Assembly (NCBI GenBank): GCA_951406725.2
Contig: OX597827.1
Location: 11,842,001 to 11,906,000, forward strand
DNA: 64,000 nt
Direction: 5' to 3'
DNA from: Octopus vulgaris
Taxonomy: Eukaryota
Shown: positions 34,778 to 48,922 of the stretch, one piece after another
Layout of the letters: every line of letters begins with the position of its first letter
Numbering within the stretch: the first letter of the stretch is position 1
Position numbers and translations under genes: made by a program
Notes under the pieces: generated by a model
Databases searched by the model: none
The model's input: only the letters and a program-made list of their open reading frames with translations
Told to the model about the DNA's origin: nothing

Positions 34778-36139
34778 TACATATATATATATTTATATAC
34801 ACAAACATATATATATATATATATATACAGAGAGAGAGAGAGCTGTGTGTACGTGCATGCATACACACTCACAAGCGTGCATATTTGTGTGCATATATGT
34901 ACATGAATATGAGTGTGCATATGTTTGTGTTTTTATGTGTATGTATCTGTGTGTGTATGTGTGTGAGTGCGTTTGATGTGCGTGCATGTCTGTGTGTGTC
35001 AGATATTACAGGAAAGATGCAGTTAAAGTTTCTTTGATTTATTGTATCTCTCTTACACTGATTTTATACAGTCTTTTTCTTGAAATAAAGTCGCTAATAG
35101 TTCCAGGGAATTCCAGTGAAGAAAAGCTTTTCTATTCCACAGTTAAGTAATGTCCTCTTACAAGCAAGCAGAGAATGCCAGTTTCATAGCAAGCGTGTTT
35201 ATGGCAATTTGCCATTGTAACTTTGGATAAGTGAAAGAGATTTAAAAATCATAAATCTCATGTGATATATAGATATTGCTATGGAGCTATTATGCTGGAA
35301 TGTCCAAAGATAATAGCCTTGTCATTGAACTGATTTTTGCATGAGGAATATTTTCAATTTTGCCTCTGAAAACTTCCATTCTCTTTAGCTGTTTGACTTA
35401 AGATCATTATAAGTTCTCAAGCGAGAATACAAGGAACAATCTACTAAATCAAATACAAATTCAAAGTTAATATCATTGAAGAATTTTATATTGAGACTTT
35501 GTGGAGTTCTTGTTGTGCTGAAGTTAATGGTGTTAATTTAGAAATCTTTACTGCATGGACAATTTTAGTTTAGATTCTCTAGAGTAGGAGAAAATATAGA
35601 AATTGTAGCTACGATTAAACACATTTCACATTTCTCAGGTGGTATATTACTTCTTTCCTTATCAATATACCTGTTTTGTCCTTCTTTAAATTCTTACCCA
35701 GTGACTCATAAGTTCAGTTCTGAATACACAGGTTTCTTTTACAGTCAGTTGAAACATTTATGTCCTGACATTATGGAGAGGATGTCTGTCTGTCTGTCTT
35801 TTAGTTACCTGCAAACAGTGCCATTTTAAGGCGTGTGTATACTGGGAAATTGCCAAGGGACCTCACGGACACAAGATTTATGTATTTTGAATTATGTAAT
35901 TTGTCGTTGTTTGCAGTCAAAGTTAATGCTATAGAGCACATTGCATTGATTTGCCTAGGGTCCTATAATGTTACCAAGATGGCACAGTCTGTGAGAACTA
36001 ATGCATTTTGTTTGAGTCCAACCCATACTAGGTTGGAAAAACGGACGTTAAATGATGATGATGATGATGATGATGAACAGCTTGATGTATAGGTGAACAG
36101 TCACCAGTGTTGGAGAGCATGAAGATTAAAGTTGTAGTT

Positions 36140-36873
36140 GAGAAAATGTTAGATGATACAGGGGACTGGAAGAAATCCGAATATTGGAAAGGAATCACTT
36201 GTGCCATGATGATTTGTACCGGGTATCAGAATGCCAACATCATAACTGCTGCTTAATACTCTGTGAACATAGTAAGACATGTCCCATGTATCTAAGAAAC
36301 CAAGTTCCTCCAAACTGTGACGGACCATCACAGCTGATGCCATGCAACCCAACATCTTTGAGCAGGGCCTCAAGCTCAATTTAGACAGCAATATAAAGCT
36401 GCAGGAGAATGTAGCCAAACCCTGGCAGGGATGGGTTGCTACTGAAAAGCCATATGTGTGGCAGCAGGATTTCAATCTTTGCCATACCTCTGAAAAGAGT
36501 CAGAAATTATTCTCAGAGATTTTCTACGACTTCAACAGCCCAATTTCTGGCCTCCTAATTCACCCAACTGTAATCCCATGAATTACTATGTGTGAGGTGC
36601 ATTATAGAAAGACATCACCCACGCTGCCAGCAACACCAAGGCCAAGTTAGTGACCAAAATCAAGGGGACACAGTGAAGAATGCACATTCCAGGTTCCAGA
36701 ACCATCTTGAGACAGTGATGGAAGTCGAGTGGAGTTACTTTGAGTAAACTGTTACTTCCCAGGCATAATCTAATGGATATTTATTGATATTTGAGAATAC
36801 TTATATTTTGGATGGGATAATGTGTTTTCCTTTCCTTTTCTGCAAAGTGTCAAATATAGCCTGAACAGCCTAT
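36140..36873 (+). pseudogene. Decayed Tc1/mariner (maT/DD37D-like) transposase 3' half
   Basis: IFEQGLKLN...VAKPW...KPYVWQQD...CHTSEKSQK...FYDF, then FWPPNSPNCNPMNYYV after a frameshift. Confidence 0.8.
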
Positions 36874-36890
36874 AAATAGCTTCCTACTTT

Positions 36891-37277
36891 TTGGAAGCAC
36901 TCCGTCGATTACAACGATGAGGGTTCCGGTTGATCCAAATCAACGGAACAGCCTGCTCGTGAAATTAACGTGTAAGTGGCTGAACACTCCACAGATACGC
37001 GTACCCTTAACGTAGTTCTCGGGGATATTCAGCGTGACACAGAGAGTGACAAGGCCGGCCCCTTGAAATACAGGTACAACAGAAACAGGAAGTAAGAGTG
37101 AGAGGAAGTTGTGGTGAAAGAGTACAGCAGGAATCACCACCATCCCCTGCCGGAGCCTCGTGGAGCTTTTAGGTGTTTTTGCTCAATAAACACTCACAAC
37201 GCCCGGTCTGGGAATCGAAACTGCGATCCTATGACCACGAGTCCGCTGCCCTAACCACTGGGCCATTGCGCCTCCAC
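36891..37277 (-). mobile_element. SINE family C, full length with 23 bp target-site duplication
   Basis: CAGCCTATAAATAGCTTCCTACT at 36866-36888 and 37278-37300. Confidence 0.92.
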
Positions 37278-38729
37278 CAGCCTATAAATAGCTTCCTACT
37301 AAATGGTTTACTGCTTCACATACAACCTAAGAATCTTAAGAAGCATAATGGCAGTGAGGCTAAGGTGCTGAACGCACAGAACTGACAGTCATCAGTTCAA
37401 ATATAACTGCAAAATCCATTATGCTTTGGACAAACCTTGTTAATAGATCTACTTCTTTATTTTATATCGTGCATTTCTGAGCAGTAGTGCGGTTGGCTGC
37501 AGATTTACAATAGACTAATCATTAGTTCACTGCACTTCCAAAAGCAAGAGTTACAGACAAGTGTTTGAGTAACTTAAAATAAAAGCGCAGGAGATATAAA
37601 ATACAGAAAAAGTGACAGATATTTAACATTATGTACCACATGGTACTTTGTCACTTTCCATCAATTTCTTCACATTTATATTACAGTTTGTCAAGTATAT
37701 ATATGACAAGTATTGCCAATACTGGATTTTATCAACCCAAATCTGTGTTTATCCATAACCATCTGGGTTTCTTGGACTATATTTGGAATACATTAAATAA
37801 TCTGAAAGTAAATTTGTAAAAATAATTATTTTTGTATACATGTGTGTTGTGTGTGTGTATGTGTGAGTATGTGTGCATATGTGCTTAAAATAGTTTTTAA
37901 GAATTTGAACTAATTTCACAAAGTTATTGATTGATTACTGACTTACTTAAGCCCTTCAATTCCTAAGGAACATTGGCCATCAATGACTTTCCTCTACTGT
38001 TCTTGATTCTGGGCTGTCTTTTGTGCTTCTCTGAGAGAAGGCCTTCCTCCAACAGATCTTGTTGGTTTATTTTTTGCTAATTTGGGGCATAGCCTTATGC
38101 AAAACCCATTTTTACATCTGGGAAAAAGTGGTCCCTATTAGCCTTCCCTCTGTCCTTTGACTTGTCCAGCATGGGAGGCCCTTCAAGGAGCTTGAACTTC
38201 GCTGGTATAGCTCTAAGTGTCACTGAGTTACACTAGCGATTACAACAAGAGCTGAACTTTGTGGTAATATTGATAGATTAAGCAATAATTAAATGAGTTT
38301 GATCCCCATATGATATGTATAGTACTGTTTAGTCCCTGGGGGCCCTGACATTTAAAATTGGTGATGGTCATGCACAATGATAGGTGTATGTATGGCTACA
38401 GTTTTTCAGGCATCATAACTTTGTTTATGTCTATAGATTATATACCATTTTCCCTCTATCACAATGCAAGCTGTCCCACTAAATAAAATAAAAATAAAAA
38501 ATAAATAAATAGATAGATAAATATACGGTATATGCTGTCATTCAAGAAAAAATTCTCTCTGAGATCCTGAGCTTCAGGATTGGCTTCAGTATGATAAAAT
38601 GATAAAAAAAAAAAAAAAAATGGTGACTGTGAATGTTGCAATGGTTTTCTGAGAAATGCAAATAAATCCATGCTAATGAGAAAAAAAAATAGTAAATAAA
38701 ACCCCCTGAAAAGTATAAGAAATGTTTTG

Positions 38730-38950
38730 TTGTGGCTAAATCTGCTGTTGATATTATTAAATCCTTGATGAAAAAGAAGTCGATGGAGACTGAATTGCTT
38801 ACTGCTGGATATTTTGTTGAAAACATTCCATTTGCAAGCATTGATAATCTCTACCAGTATGTAAGAGAACATATTCAGACAGTAAGGTTGCTGAAAAATT
38901 ATCTACAAAAGAAACAGAATTTTCGAGTGTCATTCAAGATGGAGTAGTCT
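38730..38950 (+). pseudogene. Possible hAT-type transposase N-terminal remnant
   Basis: ELLTAGYFVENIPFASIDNL followed, after a frameshift, by SDSKVAEKLSTK resembles the hAT E...HNIPF...D...FPDS.IA motif. Confidence 0.45.
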
Positions 38951-39229
38951 TTCAGGAAAATTGTGATAGCAGATATCTGCAGGACACAAAAGTTTTCTGC
39001 ATTTGAGTTAACCAAGTTTTTAGCAATAGTTGTGAGATAGTTTAATTTGAATAAACTTGATGTCAAATAAGTTCTGCTAGATACTCTAGTTACTGAAAAT
39101 GGAGTGGTTCAGATCTTTGGTATGGGAAAGAAACATTTCTTTAAAGAATATTTTGGATTCTGTATTTTGTATGGATGTTTCTACCATTCATTTGTTTTTT
39201 GTGCTAGTCATACTATCAAAATCAAAATC

Positions 39230-39770
39230 ACATTCGATGACTGGCATCCGTACTAGCAGGGTGCAAAGAGCTCCATATGAGTGTGATCGTTGACAGAGCG
39301 GCTAACCGACTTCCATGCCAGTGGCACATAAAAGGCACCATTCGAGTGTGATCGTTACCAGCGTTGCCTTACTGGCACTTGTGCCCGTGCTAGTAGAGTG
39401 CCAAGAGCACCATCCAAGCATGATCATTGCCAGAGCAGCCAACTGGCTTCCATGCCAGTGGCACGTAAAAGAGCACCATTCGAGCGTGATCGTTACCAAC
39501 ATCACCTTACTGGCACCTGTGCTGGTGACATGTGTAAAAAGATTCGAGCAAGGTCGTTGCCAGTACCGCCTGACTGGCCCCCATGCCGGTGGCATGTAAA
39601 AAGCACCCACTACACTCTCAGAGTGGTTGGCATTAGGAAGGGCATCCAGCTGTAGAAACTCTGCCAAATCAAGATTGGAGTCTGGTGCAGCTGGTTCACC
39701 AGCCCTCAGTGAAAATCGTCCAACCCATGCTAGCATGGAAAGCAGACGTTAAACGATGATGATGATGATA
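39230..39770 (+). mobile_element. RTE LINE 3' UTR fragment with diverged tandem units
   Basis: Repeated GGCAC(G/A)TAAAAG.CACCATTCGAG.GTGATCGTTACCA and a (GAT)n tail. Confidence 0.8.
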
Positions 39771-40176
39771 TTGTCAGCACATTTCCCTTATACTTAGAAG
39801 CTTTCTAATAGGATTCATCAACTTACATTGTTTCCACAACAGACACAACAGGACTTCACACTCTTTCAGAAAGTGGTTAGGAAGGGGTTACATTTATTTA
39901 CCATAAAATATCTAAACTTACACAAACAAGATATCATTCTCAAGAAGAATTTATTTCAGTGATATTAGATATCCTTATTAAATGAAATTTAGACAAAGTT
40001 GAAGATGCCAGGAAGATTTATGAATGAAGCACATGCCACATGGCTATCAGAATATGCTGTAGAATGTAAGCAAACTTTAGGTTAATTAAAATATGTTTGG
40101 GACATATTTTAACTTCTAATGGAAAATCACTTTATTAAGGAGACAAAATTCTCTCTTACAGTAAAAGGTATAAGAA

Positions 40177-40411
40177 TACCTATTTTTTTACTACCCACAA
40201 GGGGCTAAACACAGAGGGGACAAACAAGGACAGACATAGGTATTAAGTCGATTACATCGACCCCAGTGCGTAACTGGTACTTCATTTATCGACCCCGAAA
40301 GGATGAAAGGCAAAGTCGACCTCGGTGGAATTTGAACTCACAATGTAACGCAGACGAAATACCGCTAAGCATTTCGCTCGGCGTGCTAATGTTTCTGCCA
40401 GCTCGCCACCT
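40177..40411 (-). mobile_element. SINE family B, full length
   Basis: Flanked by the TATAAGAATACC direct repeat. Confidence 0.9.
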
Positions 40412-40624
40412 TATAAGAATACCATAATTTCCCGGTCCCTCCACCGATTGGATTCCCAGAAGGCTGCTTGAATTAACCTAAAGTTTGTATTTCTTAATCA
40501 CTGCTTGGCACTGGTGCTATTATGTTTACACCAGCTAAGCAGTCAAATAGCACAACTCAGTTACTGATGTTGAATGTTTTTTATTAAAGTTTCTTATTTA
40601 ACGATGGCGCAGAGTTATTATGGA

Positions 40625-40700
40625 CTAGCAGCATAGCCCGGCGTTGCCCGGGTATGTAAGACCTCAATACGGTTCGAAAATCGATTAAGCTTGCTCAGCA
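40625..40700 (-). mobile_element. Helitron 3' end fragment
   Basis: Reverse complement of the 29281-29316 terminus (hairpin plus CTAG). Confidence 0.75.
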
Positions 40701-40840
40701 TTTTTATAGGCACAGGAGTGGCTGTGTGGTAAGTAGCTTGCTTACCATCCACATGGCAACTTGGGCAAGTGTCTTCTACTATAGCCTTGGGCTGACCAAA
40801 GCCTTGTGAGTGGATTTGGTAGACGAAAACTGAAAGAAGC

Positions 40841-41990
40841 CTGTCGTATATACGTATGTGTCTGTGTATATGTTTGTGTGTGTTTGTCCCCCTAGCATTG
40901 CTTGACAACAGATGCTGGTTTGTTTATGTCCCTGTAACTTAGTGATTCGGCAAAAGAGGCCGATAAAATAAGTACTAGGCTTACAAAGAATAAGGATTCC
41001 CAACATCGCCTGACAACCGATGCTGGTGTGTTTACGTCCCCCGTAACTTAGCGGTTCGGCAAAAATGAGACCGATAGAATAAGTACTGGGCTTACAAAGA
41101 ATAAGTCCCGGGGTTGATTTGCTCAACTAAAGGTGGTGCTCCAGTACGGCCACAGTCAAATGACTGAAACAAGTAAAAGAGTAAAAGAAAAAGACCATCA
41201 GCATGGCTGCAGCTATGAGCTGAAACTACAGCAAAAAAAAAAAAGGCTGTGGCTTTTGAATCGATCGGAATCCAATTGGGAGAGGCACTGGGCAGATATG
41301 GTATTTTTACATCTTTTATCATAAGAGGGAATTTTTGTTCTCCACAGTAACTGCAGTGAATTTGTCTTTAGAAGCTAAAATAAGAACTGTCGTATATACG
41401 TATGTGTCTGTGTATATGTTTGTGTGTGTTTGTCCCCCTAGCATTGCTTGACAACAGATGCTGGTTTGTTTATGTCCCTGTAACTTAGTGATTCGGCAAA
41501 GAGCCGATAAAATAAGTACTAGGCTTACAAAGAATAAGGATTCCCAACATCGCCTGACAACCGATGCTGGTGTGTTTACGTCCCCCGTAACTTAGCGGTT
41601 CGGCAAAAATGAGACCGATAGAATAAGTACTGGGCTTACAAAGAATAAGTCCCGGGGTTGATTTGCTCGACTAAAGGCAGTGCTCCAGCATGGCCGCAGT
41701 CAAATGACTGAAACAAGTAAAGGAGTAAAAGAGTAAAAGACCATCAGCATGGCTGCAACTATGAGCTGAAACTACAGCAAAAAAAAAAAAGGCTGTGGCT
41801 TTTGAATCGACCTAGGGTTATCTCTCTGCAATATTTCCTATTGAGGAAAGCTAAGGAGCCAGAAATGGCTATCTCGGAATCCAATTGGGAGAGGCACTGG
41901 GCAGATATGGTATTTTTACATCTTTTATCATAAGAGGGAATTTTTGTTCTCCACAGTAACTGCAGTGAATTTGTCTTTAGAAGCTAAAAT
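40841..41990 (+). repeat. Tandem segmental duplication (~540 bp and ~600 bp copies) covering a SINE A body plus flank
   Basis: 40841-41380 versus 41387-41990. The first copy lacks about 60 bp. Confidence 0.9.
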
Positions 41991-42094
41991 ATATCAGAAA
42001 CATATTTAAACTAACCTAAATTTTATTTATTCCTAATCACTGTTTGGTTCTGATGCTATTATGAAGAAGGTAAGTTATCTCAGATCAGAAACTT

Positions 42095-42304
42095 TAGCAG
42101 GTCGGGCGAAATGCTTAGCGGTATTTCATCTGCCGTTACATTGTGAGTTCAAATTCCGCCAAGGTCAACTTTACCTTTCATCCTTTCGGGGTCGATAAAT
42201 TAAGTACCAGTTATGCACTGGGGTCGATGCAATCGACTTACTACCTATGTCTGTCCTTGTTTGTCCCCTCTGTGTTTAGCCCCTTGTGGGTAATAAAGAA
42301 ATAG
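42095..42304 (+). mobile_element. SINE family B
   Basis: Homologous to 19979-20212. Confidence 0.85.
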
Positions 42305-43088
42305 GTAAGTTATCGCAGATCATGCCTTCTATATTTAATGAAATCATCAAAATACAAAACTCTCAGGGTTCCTTCATAAAAGTTGAATTACTGAAGAATA
42401 TTTACTTATTAGGAACTGATCCAAGCAATGGAAGCAATTACCTCAGAGTAAAGGTAATAGCATCAGTAGCAGAAATTTTAAAACATATTGTTCAGAATCT
42501 CTATTGGAATTTTGTATCCCAAAAAAAAAAAAAAAAGAGCTTTTCTTTCAGTGAAGTATGAATTATTATATTCAAAGGTAGGTGGTAATCTTAGTATCTC
42601 TTGGATCTATTATTCTTTTATGTGCTTATTTCCTACCCATTGTTCTAGAAAGTAGGCTAAATGACTTTGTTTATCATGGAGGAGTTATTGTTTAATACCT
42701 GAAAATTATTCAGAAAATATTCTTGAATTTCCTACATGTTAGGTCGTAAAAACATTGGCTTCATAATTCATACTATGATTTGTATCCCAATTTTATGCCA
42801 CATTAAGTTGTCTTATCATTTGTTAGTATGTATTGATGAAACAATACATATGCTATGCAATTGAACTGTATCAAAAACAAGAAAGACTAATTCTTTATTC
42901 TTGAAATACAGATAACACAGGAGAGCAATTTTGAACATAATTTCTGTTGAGTTTGCTCTCTCACTTGATTTCGACTAAATTTAATTTACTGAATTCAAAA
43001 CTACAGTCAGTTTTCTTTTATCATATAATTTTTTTTTCCTCGAGCTTACTTTCTGAATAAACACAATTGTAGTTTTTTTTTTATTCAT

Positions 43089-43497
43089 AGGCGCAGGAGT
43101 GGCTGTGTGGTAAGTAGCTTGCTAACCAACCACATGGTTCCAGGTTCAGTCCCACTGTGTGGCACCTTGGGCAAGTGTCTTCTGCTATAGCCCCGGGCCG
43201 ACCAATGTCTTGTGAGTGGATTTGGTAGACGGAAACTGAAAGAAGCCTGTCGTATATATGTATATATATGTATATGTGTCTGTGTTTGTGTGTCTGTGTT
43301 TGTCCCCCTAGCATTGCTTGACAACCAATGCTGGTGTGTTTACGTCCCCGTCACTTAGCGGTTCGGCAAAAGAGACCGATAGAATAAGCACTGGGCTTAC
43401 AAAGAATAAGTCCCGGGGTCGATTTGCTCGACTAAAGGCGGTGCTCCAGCATGGCCGCAGTCAAAATGACTGAAACATGTAAAAGAGTAAAAGAGTA
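43089..43497 (+). mobile_element. SINE family A, full length
   Basis: Homologous to 43-447. Confidence 0.9.
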
Positions 43498-43877
43498 AGT
43501 AATCAGGTAGGTCAGGTGCTTTTATTATTTTATTGATACAATTATAACGCAAAAGACAGATTACATACAACAAACTATTAGTGAAAATGAAATGGCATGC
43601 ATTTTATGGAAGCCTGGAAATGAATGATTCAGGTACTTCAAAGAAGGAGCTGGAAATAAAAGATGCTTTGAAAGAATTGAAAATAAATTGAAACATACCC
43701 CACCATCACCACCAAAAGGAAAAGAAAACACAGAAGGGAAGTAATGAACCGCTTATAACCCTGTGAGAATTACCGAATAACATGGGGATAGAAATGATGG
43801 GTTCATAATAAGCCTGTCCGCAAATATAAACATTTAGAAAGAAAAATATAAAGCATAAACAAATTTTGTGCACCACA

Positions 43878-44418
43878 GTCTCTATCTATCTCTCTTTTTT
43901 TCTCTCCCTTCCTCTTTTTCTCTCTCTTCCTCTTTTTCTCTCCCTCTTCCTCTTTTTCTCTCTCTCTCTCTTCCTCTTTTTTTCTCTCTCTCTCTCTTCC
44001 TCTTTTTCTCTCTCTCTCTTCCTCTTTTTCTCTCTCTCTCTCTTCCTCTTTTTCTCTCTCTCTCTTCCTCTTTTTCTATCTCTCTCTTCCTCTTTTTCTC
44101 TCTCTCTCTCTTCCTCTTTTTCTCTCTCTTCCTTTTTCTCTCTCTCTCTCTTCCTCTTTTTCTCTCTCTCTCTTCCTCTTTTTCTCTCTCTCTCTCTTCC
44201 TCTTTTTCTCTCTCTCTCTCTCTTCCTATTTTTCTCTCTCTCTCTTCCACTTTTTCTCTCTCTCTCTTCCTCTTTTTCTCTCTCTCTCTCTTCCTTTTTT
44301 TCTCTCTCTCTCTCTTCCTTTTTTTCTCTCTCTCTCTTCCTCTTTTTCTCTCTCTCTCTTCCTCTTTTTCTCTCTCTCTCTCTTCCTCTTTTTCTCTCTC
44401 TCTTTCTCTCTTTCCTTC
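43878..44418. repeat. Polypyrimidine minisatellite, [(CT)n TCCTCTTTTT] units of about 20-24 bp
   Basis: Seen directly in the sequence. Confidence 0.95.
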
Positions 44419-44894
44419 TACCTCCATGCACATAATGAATCCTGACTCAAATGTCTGACATAAACTAGGATTCCATCATTTCGAATTGTCTTTGCAATTC
44501 TGTTACCATTCTGCTACCAATAAAGCACCAGGGCTGTAAAAAGAAGAGATTAAAATTCATCTACTCTATATTCCTTCAAAGGATATTCCGCAAATGAACC
44601 ACCCCTCAACCTCAGTCTCATTCACTTAACCAATCCAGTCAAATATACTATTATATATCACATTTTGCTTTCAGTTGTAAGCTGTTTAGGGAAAATATCC
44701 ATTCAAGCCATTTTCCTCAAAGGCAGAGGAGACCATAAAATTTTGGGTGCTGCATAGCTAGAGGAAATAAAGTATATTTTAGAGGAATATAGATTAATAG
44801 TATTATGGTAATACATTTCAAAATTCATTGTATACAGCAAATACACACACACACATTTACACACACAAACACACACACATTTACACACACACAT

Positions 44895-44925
<31 letters not shown>

Positions 44926-45238
44926 CACACACATGCACATGTGCTAATAGTGCATATATGTGTGTATTTATGTAGGTATATATATATTATTTTCTTGTAT
45001 ATTTATGTACAGAAGCATATATATACTCACATATATATGTATATTTATATAGGTATGTATATATATATATATATATACACACATGTATATACACACATAT
45101 ACTTGTATATATGTGTGTGTATGTATGAATGTACTTGTAAAGGTATGTGAGTATATATACTTACATAGTACACCCAATATATACTACCACATTACACACA
45201 ATATTTCTTGAAATGGATGGTGCTAAGCAAAATCACAA

Positions 45239-45244
<6 letters not shown>

Positions 45245-45281
<37 letters not shown>

Positions 45282-45567
45282 CATACATACATACATACAT
45301 ACATACATACATACATGAATGCATGCATACATACATACATACATACAGACATACATACATACATGCACGCATGCATGCATGCATACATACATACATACAT
45401 ACATACATACATACATACATACATACATACATACATACATACATACATACATACATACATACATACATACATACATACATGCATACATACATACATATAT
45501 ACATACATACATATATATATACATACATGCATACATGCATACATACATACATACATACATACATACA

Positions 45568-45601
<34 letters not shown>

Positions 45602-45623
45602 CATACATACATACATGCATACA

Positions 45624-45657
<34 letters not shown>

Positions 45658-45675
45658 CATACATACATACATACA

Positions 45676-45705
<30 letters not shown>
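45245..45705. repeat. (TA)n(TACA)n microsatellite
   Basis: Seen directly in the sequence. Confidence 0.95.
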
Positions 45706-45706
<1 letters not shown>

Positions 45707-46093
45707 TTGTACACGCAATTATGAAAGAGGAATGGTTCTTCAAGGATATTTCTTAGATTCTTTGTATATTCTGCTGTAATAATAATCCAAATAAAAATAT
45801 TACGTAAAGAATTATTACCCAAGAATCATTTGAGAATCATAATGCAAAAAAGAAAAATCTGCATTTAAAAATGTATTAAAAACAGACAGTTGACTATAAA
45901 GGTTTACACGGGTATTAACTCTTTATTGAGTGATCCTAAATAAAAGCTCATAACAAAGATCTGAGAGACTAATAATTCTTTGATCCAGTAATATTTTTCT
46001 ATGGATGAAATATTTGAAAATTATTATTAATGTTACTCTGAGAATGGTGGTGTTGCAGAATTGCCAGAATGTCAAGGGAAATTCTTTGCAATA

Positions 46094-46686
46094 TCTTCAT
46101 ATATAAAAGTGAGGTTGTGTGCTGTCTGTCTCCTACGATTTAGATTCCTAAACACTCCCACATTTTGCGATGCAGTTTAATCTTATAGTCGTGATTCATA
46201 TCGAGCCCTTCTGGGTATTAACGCGCGTCTACGATGAGTCTACGATTTTTGAAAAAATTTACCATCATTTTTTTCCATTTTAATGCATTTTTTTCGCTAT
46301 CATATAAGGGAAGTAACTCTCTAAAAATGTCTACGATGAGTCAACGATTTAAAAAAAAATTTACCATCATTTTTTTTCCATTTTAATGCATTTTTTTCGC
46401 TATTATATAAGGGAAGTAACTCTCTAAAAATGTCTACGATGAGTCTATGATTTTAAAAATAATTTACCATCATTTTTTTCCATTTTAATGCATTTTTTCG
46501 CTATTATATAAGGGAAGTAACTCACTAAAAATGTCTACGATGAGTCAACGATTTAAAAAAAAGTTTACCATCATTTTTTTTCCATTCTTAATGCATTTTT
46601 TTGCTATTTTTTGGCTATAACTCTCTAAAAATGCTTATATAGTTATTTCCCTTACAAACCCGAGCAACACCGGGCGATACTGCTAG
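46094..46686 (+). mobile_element. Non-autonomous Helitron with about four 102 bp internal tandem repeats
   Basis: A|TC start, CCCGAGCAACACCGGG hairpin and CTAG|T end. Units start at 46227, 46329, 46432 and 46533. Confidence 0.85.
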
Positions 46687-47012
46687 TATATAATAATAGT
46701 CCCTTACGTTTCTGACTTCAGATTCCACTGAGGCCTATTCTGCGCTTCAACTTTCTGCTGCTCAGATAAAATAAAGTACCTGTAAACTGCTGGTACCAAC
46801 ATAATTGATAATACATCTGACAAAATTTTAGATCTTCTACCTATGTTTCAGCTCTTTATTAATGTTATGATAAAGATGGCCAGCTGGCAGAATCATTAGC
46901 ATGCTGAGAAAAATGCTTAGCAGCATTTCTTCAGTCTCTACATTCTTTGAGTTCAAATTCTGCCAGGGTTGCATTTACCTTTCATCATTTCAGAGCTGGT
47001 AAAATAAATACT

Positions 47013-47312
47013 GTGGAGGTGTAATGGCCCAGTGTTTAGGGCAGCGGACTCGCGGTCGGAGGATCGCAGTTTTGATTCCCAGACTGGGCACCGTGTGTGT
47101 TTATTGAGCGAAGACACCTAAAGCTCCATGAGGCTCCAGCAGGTGTGGGGGTGGCGACCCCTATTGAACTCTTTTGCCCCAAATTTCTCTCACTCTTTCA
47201 TCCTGCAATGGACTGGTGTCCCGTCGAGCTGGGGCGAACACATATGCCACAGAAACTGGGAAACCGGGCCCATGAACGTACCTAGGCTTGAAAAGGGCGC
47301 ATAAAAAAAAAA
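47013..47312 (+). mobile_element. SINE family C nested in a degenerate family B copy
   Basis: tRNA-like head, A tail and an AAAATAAATACT direct repeat. Confidence 0.8.
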
Positions 47313-47445
47313 TAAATACTAACTGCGCCCTGGAGTTGACATAATTGACTTACCCTCCCTCCTGAAATTGTTGGCCCTGTGCAAAAATACGAAACCAATG
47401 TTAATGCTTTGATAAGTGCAGTAAGCTAGCAGAATTGTTAGCATG

Positions 47446-47853
47446 CACAGTAGTGGCTGTGTGGTAAGTAGCTTGCTAACCAACCACATGGTTCCGGGTT
47501 CAGTCCCACTGCGTGGCATCTTGGGCAAGTGTCTTCTGCTATAGCCCCCAGCCGACCAATGCCTTGTGAGTGGATTTGGTAGACGGAAACTGAAAGAAGC
47601 CTGTCGTATATATGTATATATATATATAAGTGTGTGTGTGTGTGTTTATGTGTCTGTGTTTGTGCCCCTAGCATTGCTTGACAACCGATGCTGGTGTGTT
47701 TACGTCCCCGTCACTTAGCGGTTCGGCAAAAGAGACCGATAGAATAAGTACTGGGCTTACAAAGAATAAGTCCCAGGGTCGATTTGCTCGACTAAAGGTG
47801 GTGCTCTAGCATGGCCGCAGTCAAATGACTGAAAGTAAAAGAGTAAAAGAGTA
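47446..47853 (+). mobile_element. SINE family A
   Basis: Homologous to 43-447. Confidence 0.9.
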
Positions 47854-48922
47854 CACAACTGGTACCACAGCCACTCCTGCGCCTATCAATACTTTGACCT
47901 ATGTTTTCCTGTGTCTCTCTCTCTTCCACAAGTTAGCCTCCACTTCAAGTAATCAACACTTCTTTACACAACTGACCTTATCCATTTTCAATCCAATGAT
48001 TAAACCAATGCAGTCTTCTCACTTGCACACTGCACTGTATTAAAATACTAAAAGCATATAACCAAAATTATGCTTATTACATCACATGCTTTAATGGACA
48101 AATCAACTGATTCTTTAAATTTTTTTTTAGGTAAATTTTTTTATTGCTTTGAATTAGATAAGTTATCGAGCTGCAAAGACTAATAACAGTGCCAACAAAT
48201 ATCTTAATTTTCAGAAATTTTCATTCCTTAGAACCACTCACTGCATATTGCCTTATACCTATTGCGTTATTAATGCCTTATTAAAGCTGTCATGTTCAAA
48301 TAGATTTCTAAGATAAATTATTCTGTTAAAGTAACTTTCACAGCAAAGCACTGTTGTTGATGTATAACCATTAAAATTTGAGCAAGAATATTGGTTCCCC
48401 ATTGATTCAATAAATTATAAGCCTATATCCATAGCATGAAACACAGAATTTAGTTTTATAAGATTATGAAAATATATGAAGATGTATCATATTCTTCAGC
48501 CTGAGATTGTCTGCAAATACTACAATAACAGAGATTTTCTATATCACTTTAAAGACATATATGTATCTTCTAGAACTAATTTAGCAAACCTATTAACATG
48601 CATGCATATCAGCAGTGATGTGTAGCAACCTTTTGGGTGACGCATAACTTTTCTTTGTTTCCGTCGTTGAACTGTAGCCAAACTGAGGCATGACCTAGAA
48701 GAATTAAGTTGAACAAATTAACAAATTAACCACGGTACTTATTTGTAAGTCTGGCACTTATCCTATCAGTCCCTTTTGCCAAGCTGCTAAGTTTATGGGA
48801 ACATAAACAAACCAACACCGATTGTCAAGTGGTTGAGGTGGGTCAAACACAGAATCAAAAACGCATTGTTATCGAATAAAATATTTCCATACCCAGCTAT
48901 AAATGACAATGTTCTGTTTCTC

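Noticed and set aside
43866-44458. ORFs of 181-196 aa (poly-SL/F and poly-RE/K)
   Set aside because: Artefacts of a stop-free CT minisatellite.
45147-45822. Long YIHT/MYVC ORFs, and all similar YI/CV ORFs in the track
   Set aside because: These are translations of (TA)n, (TACA)n and (CA)n repeats.
46227-46633. Regularly spaced repeats superficially like a CRISPR array
   Set aside because: Whole units are repeated with no unique spacers, and they lie inside a eukaryotic Helitron.
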